Below, piece by piece: positions 50,181-59,662 of a stretch of DNA of 64,000 nucleotides. This stretch comes from Gemmatimonadota bacterium (lineage in GTDB: Bacteria > Gemmatimonadota > Gemmatimonadetes > Palauibacterales > Palauibacteraceae), in the NCBI GenBank assembly GCA_963666735.1, contig OY762926.1:672001-736000 (forward strand), given 5' to 3'. Position 1 is the stretch's first letter. Each line of letters starts with the position of its first letter. The translations under genes were made by a program, and so were the position numbers. The notes beneath the pieces are model-generated. The model saw only the letters and a program-made list of their open reading frames with translations. It was not told the DNA's origin and did not search any database.

Positions 50181-51458
50181 TTAGAGCCGCGAAAGGACGT
50201 CGACGAGGTCGTGGGAAGGCTCGACGCGGCGGCCGGGAAAACCGGCCTGCAGCTCGGAGAGGCTCAAGTCGTCGAGGAAGACGTCCCCGTCGTTCAGTGC
50301 CTGCGCCGAAAAGAGGGCCACATCGAAGTCGCCCGCGTCGAGGAGAGCGCTCCGGTGATCCGCGCCCGGCAGCAGGCCGGCCGTCGTGACCGTCGGCCCG
50401 TACAGCGTGTTCTCGACCGCCACCGTCGACACTTCGGCGCCGGTGCGCCGCGCGATGCGGCCGGCGAGACGGGTCATCGTCGGGCCCATCGAGGCGCCCG
50501 TGACCGCAACGACCCTGCGCCCCTCCAGCGGGCGGAGCGCCCCCAGCTGGCCCGTCACGCGATCCGTCAGGGTGGAAATCGCTCCGACGCCGTTGCTCTC
50601 GAGTTCATGATCGTCGAAATACGCGGCGCCGGGTGGCTCGAGTCCCGCCTGCAGGTACATCTCGTCGGCGGCGTAGCACCACCCCTGTCCCCGCTCCGCG
50701 AGCGCCCGCTTCCGGATCGTTTCGATGGCGTCGAGCGCCGCGCGACATTCGCCCGGTTCAAGGGTGCGACCGCCCAGCGCCGCGTTCCACGACGTCAGGC
50801 CCACGGGTACGACGGAAAGCGACCGGATCGCGTTCCCGCGGCGATAGAGGTCGTCGATCGTTCGCGTCAGGTGTTCGCCGTCGTTCACCTCCGGACAGAG
50901 CACGACCTGCGCGTGCACCACGATGCGGCCCTCCGCCAGCCGGTCGAGATCCGGCTCGATATTCGCGCTCCGAGGGTTCTTCAGCATTTCGAGCCGGACG
51001 GCGGGGTCCGTCGAGTGGACGCTCACGTAGAGTGGAGACAGGCGCTGTTCGAATATGCGGTCCCAGTCATCCGGACGCAGGTTCGTCAGCGTGATGTAGT
51101 GGCCGTGAAGGAAGGACAGTCGATAGTCGTCATCCTTCACATACAGAGGCGCCCGAAGCTTGTCGAGTTTCGGGTTGCCCTTCACAAAGCAGAACGTGCA
51201 CGCGTTCGTACAGCGGCGGATCTTGTCGGGTTCCGGGACGATCCCGAGCGGTTCATCCGCGGGTTTCTCGATCTCGAACAGGAGCCGCTCGCCCGTCCGC
51301 TGCTCGGTGAGCACCCGGAGCGCCGGCTCCGCCTGATGGAAGAGAAGGTCGAGGCTGTCCCGAATGGGCTTGCCGTTGATCTCGAGCACGGCGAGGCCCG
51401 CCGGCAGTTCGAGGTCTGCGGCGATCGACCCCGGCTCGACGCTGGCGATTCGAATCAT
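50181..51458 (-). CDS. DUF512 PDZ/radical-SAM-like protein
   Basis: CTNACTFCF, KDDDYRLSFL.G.YITLTN, VVLCP..NDG, VVPVGLT, TTAGLL, FLDD. Confidence 0.9.
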   Translation of the reverse strand: MIRIASVEPGSIAADLELPAGLAVLEINGKPIRDSLDLLFHQAEPALRVLTEQRTGERLLFEIEKPADEPLGIVPEPDKIRRCTNACTFCFVKGNPKLDKLRAPLYVKDDDYRLSFLHGHYITLTNLRPDDWDRIFEQRLSPLYVSVHSTDPAVRLEMLKNPRSANIEPDLDRLAEGRIVVHAQVVLCPEVNDGEHLTRTIDDLYRRGNAIRSLSVVPVGLTSWNAALGGRTLEPGECRAALDAIETIRKRALAERGQGWCYAADEMYLQAGLEPPGAAYFDDHELESNGVGAISTLTDRVTGQLGALRPLEGRRVVAVTGASMGPTMTRLAGRIARRTGAEVSTVAVENTLYGPTVTTAGLLPGADHRSALLDAGDFDVALFSAQALNDGDVFLDDLSLSELQAGFPGRRVEPSHDLVDVLSRL

Positions 51459-51493
51459 GGTCTGGCGCGCGGGGCTACCGCGGGCGGGCCGCT

Positions 51494-51530
51494 CCGACTT
51501 CCCGGGAGCGGCCCGCGCCCGGGAAGTCGG
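51494..51530 (-). terminator. Strong hairpin directly after the TPR gene stop
   Basis: Perfect 13-bp inverted repeat CCGACTTCCCGGG / CCCGGGAAGTCGG; no U tract. Confidence 0.5.
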
Positions 51531-52865
51531 TCAGCCTTCGATCGTCCCGTACCGGAATCCGGCCAAGGGTACGTCCGACTGGATCTCGAACGAAAAGCTG
51601 CCGGAGTCGGCCTCGAAGGCGTGCGTCTGCTCCGTGACGACCTGCCCGGCGGCATCGAGGAACTCGAAGGTGACCTGCAGCGTGCCGGCGGCCGTGCGGT
51701 TCGTGAAGGAGACCTGCACGATGTACCGGCCGTTCGCGGCCGCGGCCATCTGAGCGAACGTGACGGAGATGGGCAACTGCTGCTCCTCCCCCATGACCTC
51801 CATCGCCCGCTCGTTCATGTTGGCCCGGCCGAGCGCCTGGAAGTGCAACTGATGGGAGAGCGCATCGTAGGGATACCACTGGGTGAGCGAGTCCGCGAGC
51901 GCGAGGACGGGTCCGGGACGGCCCGATTGGATGGAAGCGTTGACGTAGTTCTCCCTCGCTTCCTTGTTGTAGGGGTTCCCCTGGCGCGCGTTCGCGAACG
52001 CGGTGGCCGCATCCTCGAAGTTCTGCGCGTTGTAGAACCCCACTCCGACCTCGAGCCATTGCTGGTAGCTCAGATCCGTGCGCTGGAGCGTCGTGGCGTA
52101 GATCGCCCCGGATTCCTCGGTCTGCCCCCGGTCGGCCAAAACTCCGGCATACCGGATCTGGATGACGACATCATCCGGATACATGGCGAGATAGTCGCTG
52201 TAGGTCTGGACGGCCTCATCGCCCCGGTCTTCCATCATCAGCATGTCGCCGAGGCCGCGAACGGTGCTCCGCAACGCCTCGGGGTCCGCGTCCGGAATAT
52301 CGGCGGCGAGCGCCGCCTGATACGTCTCGATGGCGCCTGCGTTGTCTCCCATCTGTGACTGCAGGAGCGCCGCGTTGCTGTACGTGCGGAGGTCGGGCTT
52401 GAAGTCGTTCGCAAGCATGAAGGCGTCGAGCGCGGCCTCGTTCTCGGACGCGCTGTACGCCGTCACGCCCTGGTTGTAGAGCCGGACCCAGCCGTTGTAG
52501 CGCTGCGCGTCACCGTGCATCAGGCACTCGGGAGACGCGGTTGCGTCGTAGCGGTCGAGAAACTCCACGGCATCCGGGAAACTGCCGAGGCCCATCTGGA
52601 TTTGAGCGCCAAGCAGGGCGACCACCGGATTGTTACTGTCCAGATCCGCCTCGAGCGCCTCCCACGCCTCCATGAAGATCGCGAGGCTGTCTGCGGCGGT
52701 TGCGGCTTCAGCGAGTTGCTGAATCGCTTCGGAAGCTGTGGCGGCCGCGCTGTTCGGCTCGAACTGGCATTCCTGTTCCTGCCCGACGAGTCCCGCGGAC
52801 GTGAAGATCGACGCCAGAGCCGCGGCGGTCGCCGTCCTCGCGCCAGTACGCACCATGTTCGACAT
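51531..52865 (-). CDS. Exported tetratricopeptide-repeat protein
   Basis: Signal-like N-terminus; TPR-type helices (YNQGV.AY, AIETYQAALAAD, VGFYNAQNFEDA); beta-rich C-terminal domain. Confidence 0.75.
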   Translation of the reverse strand: MSNMVRTGARTATAAALASIFTSAGLVGQEQECQFEPNSAAATASEAIQQLAEAATAADSLAIFMEAWEALEADLDSNNPVVALLGAQIQMGLGSFPDAVEFLDRYDATASPECLMHGDAQRYNGWVRLYNQGVTAYSASENEAALDAFMLANDFKPDLRTYSNAALLQSQMGDNAGAIETYQAALAADIPDADPEALRSTVRGLGDMLMMEDRGDEAVQTYSDYLAMYPDDVVIQIRYAGVLADRGQTEESGAIYATTLQRTDLSYQQWLEVGVGFYNAQNFEDAATAFANARQGNPYNKEARENYVNASIQSGRPGPVLALADSLTQWYPYDALSHQLHFQALGRANMNERAMEVMGEEQQLPISVTFAQMAAAANGRYIVQVSFTNRTAAGTLQVTFEFLDAAGQVVTEQTHAFEADSGSFSFEIQSDVPLAGFRYGTIEG

Positions 52866-52972
52866 CGCTCTGAACCCCTGTTTCTGTTTAGAGTCGTAAA
52901 CCCCGTCAAGATAGCCGGAACGCTGCCCCGGCGCACGGAGACTCGGCGAAGAGTCTGCGCAGGAAAACCGGC

Positions 52973-54106
52973 CTAGTACGTGAGAAGGTGTGCGGTGTTG
53001 AAGAGGACGACCGTCTCGCCATCGCGCAGCTCTCCGGATCGCCGAAGTTCGCGTGCCCCGGCGAGTGTGGCTCCGCCCTCGATCGCGGCCCCCACGCCGG
53101 CCGCGCCCAGTTCGAGGGCCCCTTCCCTCATCGCCGCGTCGGAAACGGCGACTCCGCCTCCGCCCGATTCGCGGATGGCTTCGAGCATCAGGAAATCGCC
53201 GAGCGCCCCCGGGACCCGGAGTCCCCAGGCTTCGGTCGAGGCTTTCCGCCACGGCTCGGCGTACGTCTCGCCCGCCGCGTGCGCGCGCACGATGGGCGCG
53301 CAACCGGTGCCCTGCACGGCGTAGAGCCGCGTGTCGCCGTCGACCAACCCCAGTTCTCGCAGTTCCGCGAGCGTCTTCGCGCTGCCGATGAGTCCGGTGC
53401 CGCCGCCGGTGGGGTAGACGATGGCGTCGGGCGCCCGCCACCCGAGCGCTTCGACGATCTCCAGCATCATCGTCTTCTTCCCTTCGATCCGGTATGGCTC
53501 CTTGAGCGTGGAGATATTGAACGCTCCCGTGTCCGCCCCGTATTCGGCGGAGAGACGGCCGCATTCGTCGATGAGTCCGTCGACCCGGACGATGTCGGCG
53601 CCGTAGTGCTCGCAGCGCCGGGCGACGCCTTCCGGCGTGTCCTCGGGGATGAACAGCCTGCAGGGTACCCCCGCGCGCGCCGCGTACGCCGCGAGGGCGG
53701 CTCCGGCGTTCCCGGCGCTCGGGATGACGAGGTCCGTCGCCCCCTCGTGCACCGCCCGCGTGACGGCGGCGCACAGGCCTCGGTCCTTGAAGCTCCCGGT
53801 GGGATTGAGGCCCTCGTCCTTGACGAGGAGCGTGAGGCCCTCGAAGTCTCCTCCGATCTCGATCTCGAGCAGGGGCGTGCCGCCCTCCCCCAGCGTCACC
53901 GGGGCCTCGTCCGGCTCGACCGGCATGATCTCCCGGAAGCGCCACATCCCGCCCTGGCGTCCGGCCCACGCCCGCCGCAGCGCTTCGCCGTCCAGGGCGC
54001 CGAGGTCGTACCGGGCCAGCAGAGGCTTCCCGCAGTCCGGGCACACGGTGGCCAGCCCGCGCGCGACGGTCCGCCCGCAGAGACCGCATTCGAGACGCCA
54101 ACTCAT
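52973..54106 (-). CDS. thrC: Threonine synthase-like PLP enzyme
   Basis: TLGEGGTPL, NPTGSFKDRG, SAGNAG, YRIEGKKT, PTGGGTG. Confidence 0.88.
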   Translation of the reverse strand: MSWRLECGLCGRTVARGLATVCPDCGKPLLARYDLGALDGEALRRAWAGRQGGMWRFREIMPVEPDEAPVTLGEGGTPLLEIEIGGDFEGLTLLVKDEGLNPTGSFKDRGLCAAVTRAVHEGATDLVIPSAGNAGAALAAYAARAGVPCRLFIPEDTPEGVARRCEHYGADIVRVDGLIDECGRLSAEYGADTGAFNISTLKEPYRIEGKKTMMLEIVEALGWRAPDAIVYPTGGGTGLIGSAKTLAELRELGLVDGDTRLYAVQGTGCAPIVRAHAAGETYAEPWRKASTEAWGLRVPGALGDFLMLEAIRESGGGGVAVSDAAMREGALELGAAGVGAAIEGGATLAGARELRRSGELRDGETVVLFNTAHLLTY

Positions 54107-55572
54107 ACGCTTCGCTCCTCTACCATCGCTTCCATCGCCGCCGCGAGCCGCGCGAGGGTGCGCTCTCGTCCGAGCGCGTAGGCGACCTCGCCGAGGTCGG
54201 GACCGTGAAGCTGCCCGGTCAGGGCGACCCGAACGGGCGGAAAGAAGGCACGCCCCGCAAGCCCGGCGTCGCCCATCGCTCCGCGAAGCGCCCGGGCGAG
54301 GGGTTCGGGTCGCCAGTCCGTGTCCGCCCACGCCGCGCGGGCAAAGTGGATCGCGGTCCGGGCCGCGGGGACGGAGAGCAACTCCCGCGCGGCGGATCCG
54401 CCGGTCTCCGGCGCGCGGTAGATCGGCTCGACTTCGGACGTGACGTCGGAGAGGAGCCGCGTGCGCTTCGCGAACACCTCCGCCGCGCGGCGAAGATCGG
54501 CGTCGTTCAGCCCCAGCTCCTCCGCATCGAGCCGCGTCGCCCAGTCGCGGGCCAGCCGCTCGGCCGGTTCCGCCCGCAGGTGCCGTCCGGAAAGCCAGGC
54601 CATCTTCTCCTCATCGACCTCCGTATCGGCCGCTCCCAGCCGTTCGAGGTCGATGCTCTCCACGAGCGCCTCCCGGCTCAGGAACTCCTCGCCGTCCTCC
54701 GCCGACCACGAGAGGAGCGACAGGTAGTTGAGCACGGCGTCCGGATGGAACCCACGCTCCCGGTAGTCGAGGATCCCGGTCGCCCCCCGTCGCTTGGAGA
54801 GCTTCCCTCCCCCCGGGGCGAGGACGGTCGGGATGTGCACGAACTCCGGCGGCCGGACCCCGAATGCCCGGTACAGGAGAACCTGCTTGGGTGTGTTCGA
54901 AAGATGGCCCACGCCCCGGATCACATGGCTGATCTCCATCTCGATGTCGTCCACCGCGACCGCGAAGTTGTATGTGGGCCGGCCGTCGCTCCGCACGAGG
55001 ACGAGGTCCCCCAGGTCGTCGCCGTCGATCGAAAGCGTGCCCTTCAGGAGATCGGTGAATTCGACGGGCCCGGATTCCACACGAAGCCGGATGGCGGCTT
55101 CGCGTCCCTCCGCCTCACCGGGGTGCGCCCGCTCGGCGGGAAGGTTGCGGCAGAGCGCATCGCGGCCGGTGGGCTCCCCCGCGGCGATCGCCGCCTGCCG
55201 CCTCGCCTCGAGTTCGTCCGGCCGGCAGTAGCAGCGGAAGGCTCTCCCCGACTCCAGCAACACCGCCGCACGGGCCCGATGCCGCTCGGCGCGCGCCAAC
55301 TGGCGGTACGGCGGGAACGCCCCCCCCTCCCGCGGTCCCTCGTCCGGGGCGATGCCGAGCCAGTCCAGCGCCTCGTAGATCATCTCCTCTCCCCCCGGGA
55401 CCGCGCGCTCCGTGTCCGTATCCTCGAGGCGGAGCACGAAGGCGCCGCCGTGTCGCCGGGCGAAGAGCCAATTCAGGATCGCCGTGCGCGCGTTGCCCAG
55501 GTGGAGGGCCCCGGTCGGGCTCGGGGCGAAGCGGGTACGGACCCGCGCGGCGGAAGCGGCCGGAGAGGTCAT
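54103..55572 (-). CDS. gltX: Glutamate--tRNA ligase
   Basis: RTRFAPSPTG.LHLGN, LRLEDTD, HVIRG, KLSKR, anticodon-domain RVALTG..GP. Confidence 0.95.
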   Translation of the reverse strand: MTSPAASAARVRTRFAPSPTGALHLGNARTAILNWLFARRHGGAFVLRLEDTDTERAVPGGEEMIYEALDWLGIAPDEGPREGGAFPPYRQLARAERHRARAAVLLESGRAFRCYCRPDELEARRQAAIAAGEPTGRDALCRNLPAERAHPGEAEGREAAIRLRVESGPVEFTDLLKGTLSIDGDDLGDLVLVRSDGRPTYNFAVAVDDIEMEISHVIRGVGHLSNTPKQVLLYRAFGVRPPEFVHIPTVLAPGGGKLSKRRGATGILDYRERGFHPDAVLNYLSLLSWSAEDGEEFLSREALVESIDLERLGAADTEVDEEKMAWLSGRHLRAEPAERLARDWATRLDAEELGLNDADLRRAAEVFAKRTRLLSDVTSEVEPIYRAPETGGSAARELLSVPAARTAIHFARAAWADTDWRPEPLARALRGAMGDAGLAGRAFFPPVRVALTGQLHGPDLGEVAYALGRERTLARLAAAMEAMVEERSV

Positions 55573-55757
55573 GGAGCCTCTTCCTCCACCCGGAAGCCGG
55601 CGCAACGCAGGACCGGCAGAGTTGGATAGCGCCGAAAGCGTGCGTCCCGGCGTGAGAGCCGGCACAGGAGGAAGGCGGACCCGCGGTCGCTCCTCACCCA
55701 GCGGCGGTGACGGCAGCGCGCGCACAGACCCGCGGAGGGAGTTCCGCCACGGCTCAT
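55569..55757 (-). CDS. Small Cys-containing hypothetical protein (62 aa)
   Basis: ATGA overlaps with both uvrC and gltX; CARC...C...RYP.LPV..C.GF. Confidence 0.7.
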   Translation of the reverse strand: MSRGGTPSAGLCARCRHRRWVRSDRGSAFLLCRLSRRDARFRRYPTLPVLRCAGFRVEEEAP

Positions 55758-57658
55758 GAGACGGCTCCCCGGGCCGGATCCTCTTCGTGGAGCGCGGCGA
55801 GGATCGACGTGGCGGTCGCGTGGCCGATCCCCGGCGTGCGGGCAAGCTGCGCGGGCGTGGCCCGCCGGATGAGGTCGAGGCTGCCGAACCGCTCCAGCAG
55901 GCGCTGCTCGCGCTCCGGTCCCACCCCCGGGATCTCGCTCAGCCTCGACCTGAGGGCGCGGCGGCGGCGCAGCGTCCGGTTGTATCTGAGCGCGAACCGA
56001 TGGGCCTCATCGCGCGCCCGCTGCAGCCAGTGCAAGCCCGGGTCCGTGCGCGGAAGCCGCAGCGGGATCGTGGTCCCGGGTCGGAATACCTCCTCTTCGC
56101 GCTTCGCGAGGGCCACCGTGGGCAGGTCCGAAACCCCGGCGCCATCCATGGCCTGGCGCGCGGCCGAAAGCTGTCCCCTGCCGCCGTCCACGACCACGAG
56201 ATCCGGCAGCGCGCCTCCCTCCCGGACGCGACGGTCGAAGTAGCGCGAGACGATCTCCTGCATCATGGCGTAGTCATCCGTTCGACCCTCCTCCGAATCC
56301 CGGATTCGGAACCTGCGGTATTCATCCTTGTGCGGCCGTCCGTCCCGGAGCCACACGCAACTCCCGACCGACTCCCGGCCCGCGAGCGTCGACACGTCGA
56401 AGCAGACGAGGTCCCGCGCGGGCGCGTCCAGCGCGAGCGCTTCGGCGAGGCGCACTCCGGCGGGCGAGGGGCCCGACGCTTCGACATCGGACTCCGCCTC
56501 GTCCCCCCGCTCCAGTCGGTCCCGCTCCAGCACGTGCGCCGCGTTTCGGCTCGCGGCCCGCGTCAGTTCCAGCTTCGGGCCGCGCGCCGGCACCCGGATG
56601 CGAAAGCGGTGGTTGGCGACGCCCGAAAGGTACTCTTCCACGAGATCCCGCTCGTCGAACGGCTCCGGAACGAGCAGTTCCGAGGGCACATCGTCCGGCT
56701 GGCGCAGATAGTACCCCTTCACGAGGGCCCCGAGCACGGCTTCGTCCGGTTCCTCCCCGACGTTCGCGAGATAGTGGATCCGGCGACCGACGAGCCTCCC
56801 CTCCCGCACCCTCAGCACGATGCCGCACACCGTCCCGCCCGCCGGCTGGCGCGCGAACCCGATCACATCGTGGCTCCCGCCCCGGGGATCGATCGCGGCC
56901 TGCCGACTCTCCAGTTGATCGAGGCCGCGCAGGACATCCCTCAACTCCGCCGCCCGTTCGTAGTCCAGCGCCTCGGCGGCCTCGGCCATCCGGCGCTCCA
57001 CCGAGCGTCTGACTGCCCCCGTCCGCCCTCCCAGAATCTCGAGGATTTCGTCGATCATCGTCCGATAGTCCGCTTCGGACTGGAGGCCCGCGCACGGCGC
57101 CTTGCACCGGCCGATGTGATAGTCGAGACAGGGCCGCGGCGGAAGCTCCGCCGGCATCCGGTAATGGCACGACCGCACGGTGTACATCTTCTTGATCGTG
57201 CGCAGGGCCCGGCGCATCGCCCCGACATCGGTGAAGGGGCCCAGGTACCGCGCGCCGTCATCCTTCAGTCGGCGCGTCACGAAGATACGCGGGAAGGGCT
57301 CCGGGGTCGTGACCTTGATGTACGGATAGCTCTTGTCGTCGCGGAGCTGGATGTTGAAGCGCGGACCGAACTCGCGGATGAGATTCCACTCGAGGAGGAG
57401 GGCTTCGGCTTCCGAACGCACCGGGAAGGTCTCGATGCTGTCGATCTCCCGCACGAGGCGGACGAGCTTCACGGACCGGCTCGCCTCGGCGCCGAAATAG
57501 GAGGCGACGCGCGACCGGAGCGATTTCGCCTTTCCCACGTAAAGGACTTCCCCCCCGGCATCGCGAAACAGGTACACGCCCGGCTCGTGGTCCAGCCCCC
57601 GCGCCTGCTCGCGAAGCGCTGCGGGATCCGTCCGCCGCAGTCCTCGCTCCCCGCTCAT
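55754..57658 (-). CDS. uvrC: Excinuclease ABC subunit C
   Basis: GIY-YIG (PGVY..LYVGKAK.LR.RV.SYF), DDKSYPY, VDGGRGQL, RDEAHRFA, HhH IPGVG. Confidence 0.97.
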   Translation of the reverse strand: MSGERGLRRTDPAALREQARGLDHEPGVYLFRDAGGEVLYVGKAKSLRSRVASYFGAEASRSVKLVRLVREIDSIETFPVRSEAEALLLEWNLIREFGPRFNIQLRDDKSYPYIKVTTPEPFPRIFVTRRLKDDGARYLGPFTDVGAMRRALRTIKKMYTVRSCHYRMPAELPPRPCLDYHIGRCKAPCAGLQSEADYRTMIDEILEILGGRTGAVRRSVERRMAEAAEALDYERAAELRDVLRGLDQLESRQAAIDPRGGSHDVIGFARQPAGGTVCGIVLRVREGRLVGRRIHYLANVGEEPDEAVLGALVKGYYLRQPDDVPSELLVPEPFDERDLVEEYLSGVANHRFRIRVPARGPKLELTRAASRNAAHVLERDRLERGDEAESDVEASGPSPAGVRLAEALALDAPARDLVCFDVSTLAGRESVGSCVWLRDGRPHKDEYRRFRIRDSEEGRTDDYAMMQEIVSRYFDRRVREGGALPDLVVVDGGRGQLSAARQAMDGAGVSDLPTVALAKREEEVFRPGTTIPLRLPRTDPGLHWLQRARDEAHRFALRYNRTLRRRRALRSRLSEIPGVGPEREQRLLERFGSLDLIRRATPAQLARTPGIGHATATSILAALHEEDPARGAVS

Positions 57659-59232
57659 CCTCTCCCCTCCGGCGGCGGTGGTGCCCCGACGGTGCGGAGC
57701 CCCGTCGGGAGGCCCGCGCAGGCGGCATAGCAGAGCCCGCCGGCGATGAGGGCGGCCGCGAGGAGGGCGGCGTCGCCGAGGAATCCGTCCGGCAGACGGC
57801 CACCGAGCAGCAGGCGAATCACGTAGAAGGCGATGCTCGCGAGGCCGGCGCCGACCGCCATGCGGGCGAGCGAACGCCGGACGGGGAGGAACCAACCTCC
57901 CGCCCCCCGCCGCATCAGCCCGCGCATGAGGAGGACGAGATTGACCCAGGCCCCGACCGAGCTGCCGAAGACGAGGCCGGCCGCCGCGCGCAGCCCGAAC
58001 CCGAGGTTCTCCATCCACAGCGCGGTCCCGGCCCCGATCAGGATGCCGGTCCCCACCCCGGCCATGGCGTATTTCACCGGTGTCCGCGTGTCCTGGAGGG
58101 CGTGGAACGCGCTCGCGAACAGCTTCGTGAGGCCCGTCGCGATGAGTCCCAGCGCGTAGGCGCCCAGACCCCACTGCACGACCGGTACGTGTTCGGCCTC
58201 GAAGGCCCCCCGCTCGTAAATGAGCGAGGTCACGAGGTCCCCGAGCAGGAGGAGCACGGCGACCGACGGGAGAATGAAGTAGGCGACGCGCCGCACGCCG
58301 GTGGAAAGATGGGACCGCAGGGCTTCGACCCCCTTATCGCGGGACATCTCCGGCAGCGCGGCTACGGCCACGGAGGCGCCGAACAGGGCCATCGGCACCA
58401 TTGCGATGCGCTGGGCGAAGTAGATTCCCGTGAGCGCGCCCTCGGCGAGGAGACTTGCGACGAACACATCGGTCAGGCTCGAAAGCTGGAAGATCCCCTG
58501 CCCCGCCGCGACCGGCATGGCGTTGCGCGCTACGCGGCGCGTGGGCTCGAAGCGGAAATCGATCCGGGGCCGGAGTGTCCCGAGAAGGCCGTACACGGCG
58601 GGAAGCTGGACCGCAACCTGCAGCACGCTTCCAACGAGGGTGGACCAGGTGAGCACGACGATGAGCGGCGCCCAACCCATCCGCGCCCCGGCCAGGAGGC
58701 CGGCGATCTGGGACAGGTTCCAGACCACGGGCGCGGCGAAGGGGAGGAGGAAACGGCGGTGGCTCGTCAGGATCCCGAGGCACCACGCACCAACGATCAT
58801 CACCCCGGACATGGGGAAGAGGATGCGGACCAGGCGCGTCGTAAGCTCGCTCAACTCCGCGTCGTAGCCCGGCGCGAGGATCCCGAGGAGCCAGGGAGCG
58901 GCGGCGACGACCGCGGCCACGACGAGGGCCGAGAGGAGGAGGAGGCCGCCCAGCACGCCCTGCGCGAGCCTCCGCGCCCCGGCGGTGTCGCCCCGTTCCA
59001 TCAACGAGGAAAAGACCGGCACGAAGGAGGCCGAGAGTGCGCCTTCGCTCAGGAGGTTGCGAAAGGCGTTCGGGATCTTCAGCGCGGCCGCGTAGGCGTC
59101 CGTGACCGGCCCGACCCCGAAGGTGGCGGCGATGATGACATCTCTCAGAAACCCGGTGATGCGGCTGGCCAGAATGCCGGCGGCGACGCGCGTCGCCGAA
59201 CGGCCCTGCCCCGGCGCCTTCCCCTCGGTCAG
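57655..59232 (-). CDS. murJ: Lipid II flippase MurJ (probable CTG start)
   Basis: SRITGFLRD, DAY.AA.KIPN..R.L.SEGALS, F.ALQDTRTPV; conserved N-terminus lies upstream of the first in-frame GTG (59022). Confidence 0.92.
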   Translation of the reverse strand: MTEGKAPGQGRSATRVAAGILASRITGFLRDVIIAATFGVGPVTDAYAAALKIPNAFRNLLSEGALSASFVPVFSSLMERGDTAGARRLAQGVLGGLLLLSALVVAAVVAAAPWLLGILAPGYDAELSELTTRLVRILFPMSGVMIVGAWCLGILTSHRRFLLPFAAPVVWNLSQIAGLLAGARMGWAPLIVVLTWSTLVGSVLQVAVQLPAVYGLLGTLRPRIDFRFEPTRRVARNAMPVAAGQGIFQLSSLTDVFVASLLAEGALTGIYFAQRIAMVPMALFGASVAVAALPEMSRDKGVEALRSHLSTGVRRVAYFILPSVAVLLLLGDLVTSLIYERGAFEAEHVPVVQWGLGAYALGLIATGLTKLFASAFHALQDTRTPVKYAMAGVGTGILIGAGTALWMENLGFGLRAAAGLVFGSSVGAWVNLVLLMRGLMRRGAGGWFLPVRRSLARMAVGAGLASIAFYVIRLLLGGRLPDGFLGDAALLAAALIAGGLCYAACAGLPTGLRTVGAPPPPEGRG

Positions 59233-59233
59233 G

Positions 59234-59533
59234 TCAACGCTCCCCGTTGTTTCCGGCCGGCCGCCGCGCCTCCCCGCCGGGGAGGGCCGGGAGCGCTTCG
59301 TCTCCCTCCACGAGCGCGCGCACGAAGGCGGTCTCCTCGCGGATGCCCTCGACCGTCTGCGTCAGGTACTGGACTTCCTGCTCCAGCGCGTCGATGCGCG
59401 CGGACTGGTTCGTTCCGGAGTCTCCGTTCCCGATCCGGCGCGCGAGGGCTTCGGAGAGGGGAGAGTCGATCACGATGGCGAGCACGGGAATGAGGACGAT
59501 AAGCCCGAGGACGACCATGAAGGCGAAGGTCAT
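59234..59533 (-). CDS. Small membrane-anchored coiled-coil hypothetical protein
   Basis: N-terminal TM then RIDALEQEVQYLTQTVEGIREE; GGGAG RBS. Confidence 0.75.
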   Translation of the reverse strand: MTFAFMVVLGLIVLIPVLAIVIDSPLSEALARRIGNGDSGTNQSARIDALEQEVQYLTQTVEGIREETAFVRALVEGDEALPALPGGEARRPAGNNGER

Positions 59534-59590
59534 CTCGGATCTCCCGTGCCGCTCATTGTCGCGCCCTCCGTGGAAGAACGTCCGCTCGCG

Positions 59591-59626
59591 GTGTGCCCGC
59601 CGATGTGCCCGCCGGCGTGCCCATCG
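59591..59626. repeat. Three tandem 12-bp imperfect repeats with a GTGCCC core, intergenic
   Basis: GTGTGCCCGCCG ATGTGCCCGCCG GCGTGCCCATCG. Confidence 0.6.
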
Positions 59627-59662
59627 CGTGCTCCGGGACGATGTACCCGCGAACGCCGCAAG

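Noticed and set aside
52866..52972. TTGACG...TAAACA on the minus strand as a sigma-70 promoter for the TPR gene
   Set aside because: Spacer is 13 nt; a promoter is plausible here but cannot be placed.
51531..54101. 856-aa ORF as a single long protein
   Set aside because: Its upstream half is an alternative frame of thrC; the plausible protein starts near 52865 with a signal peptide.
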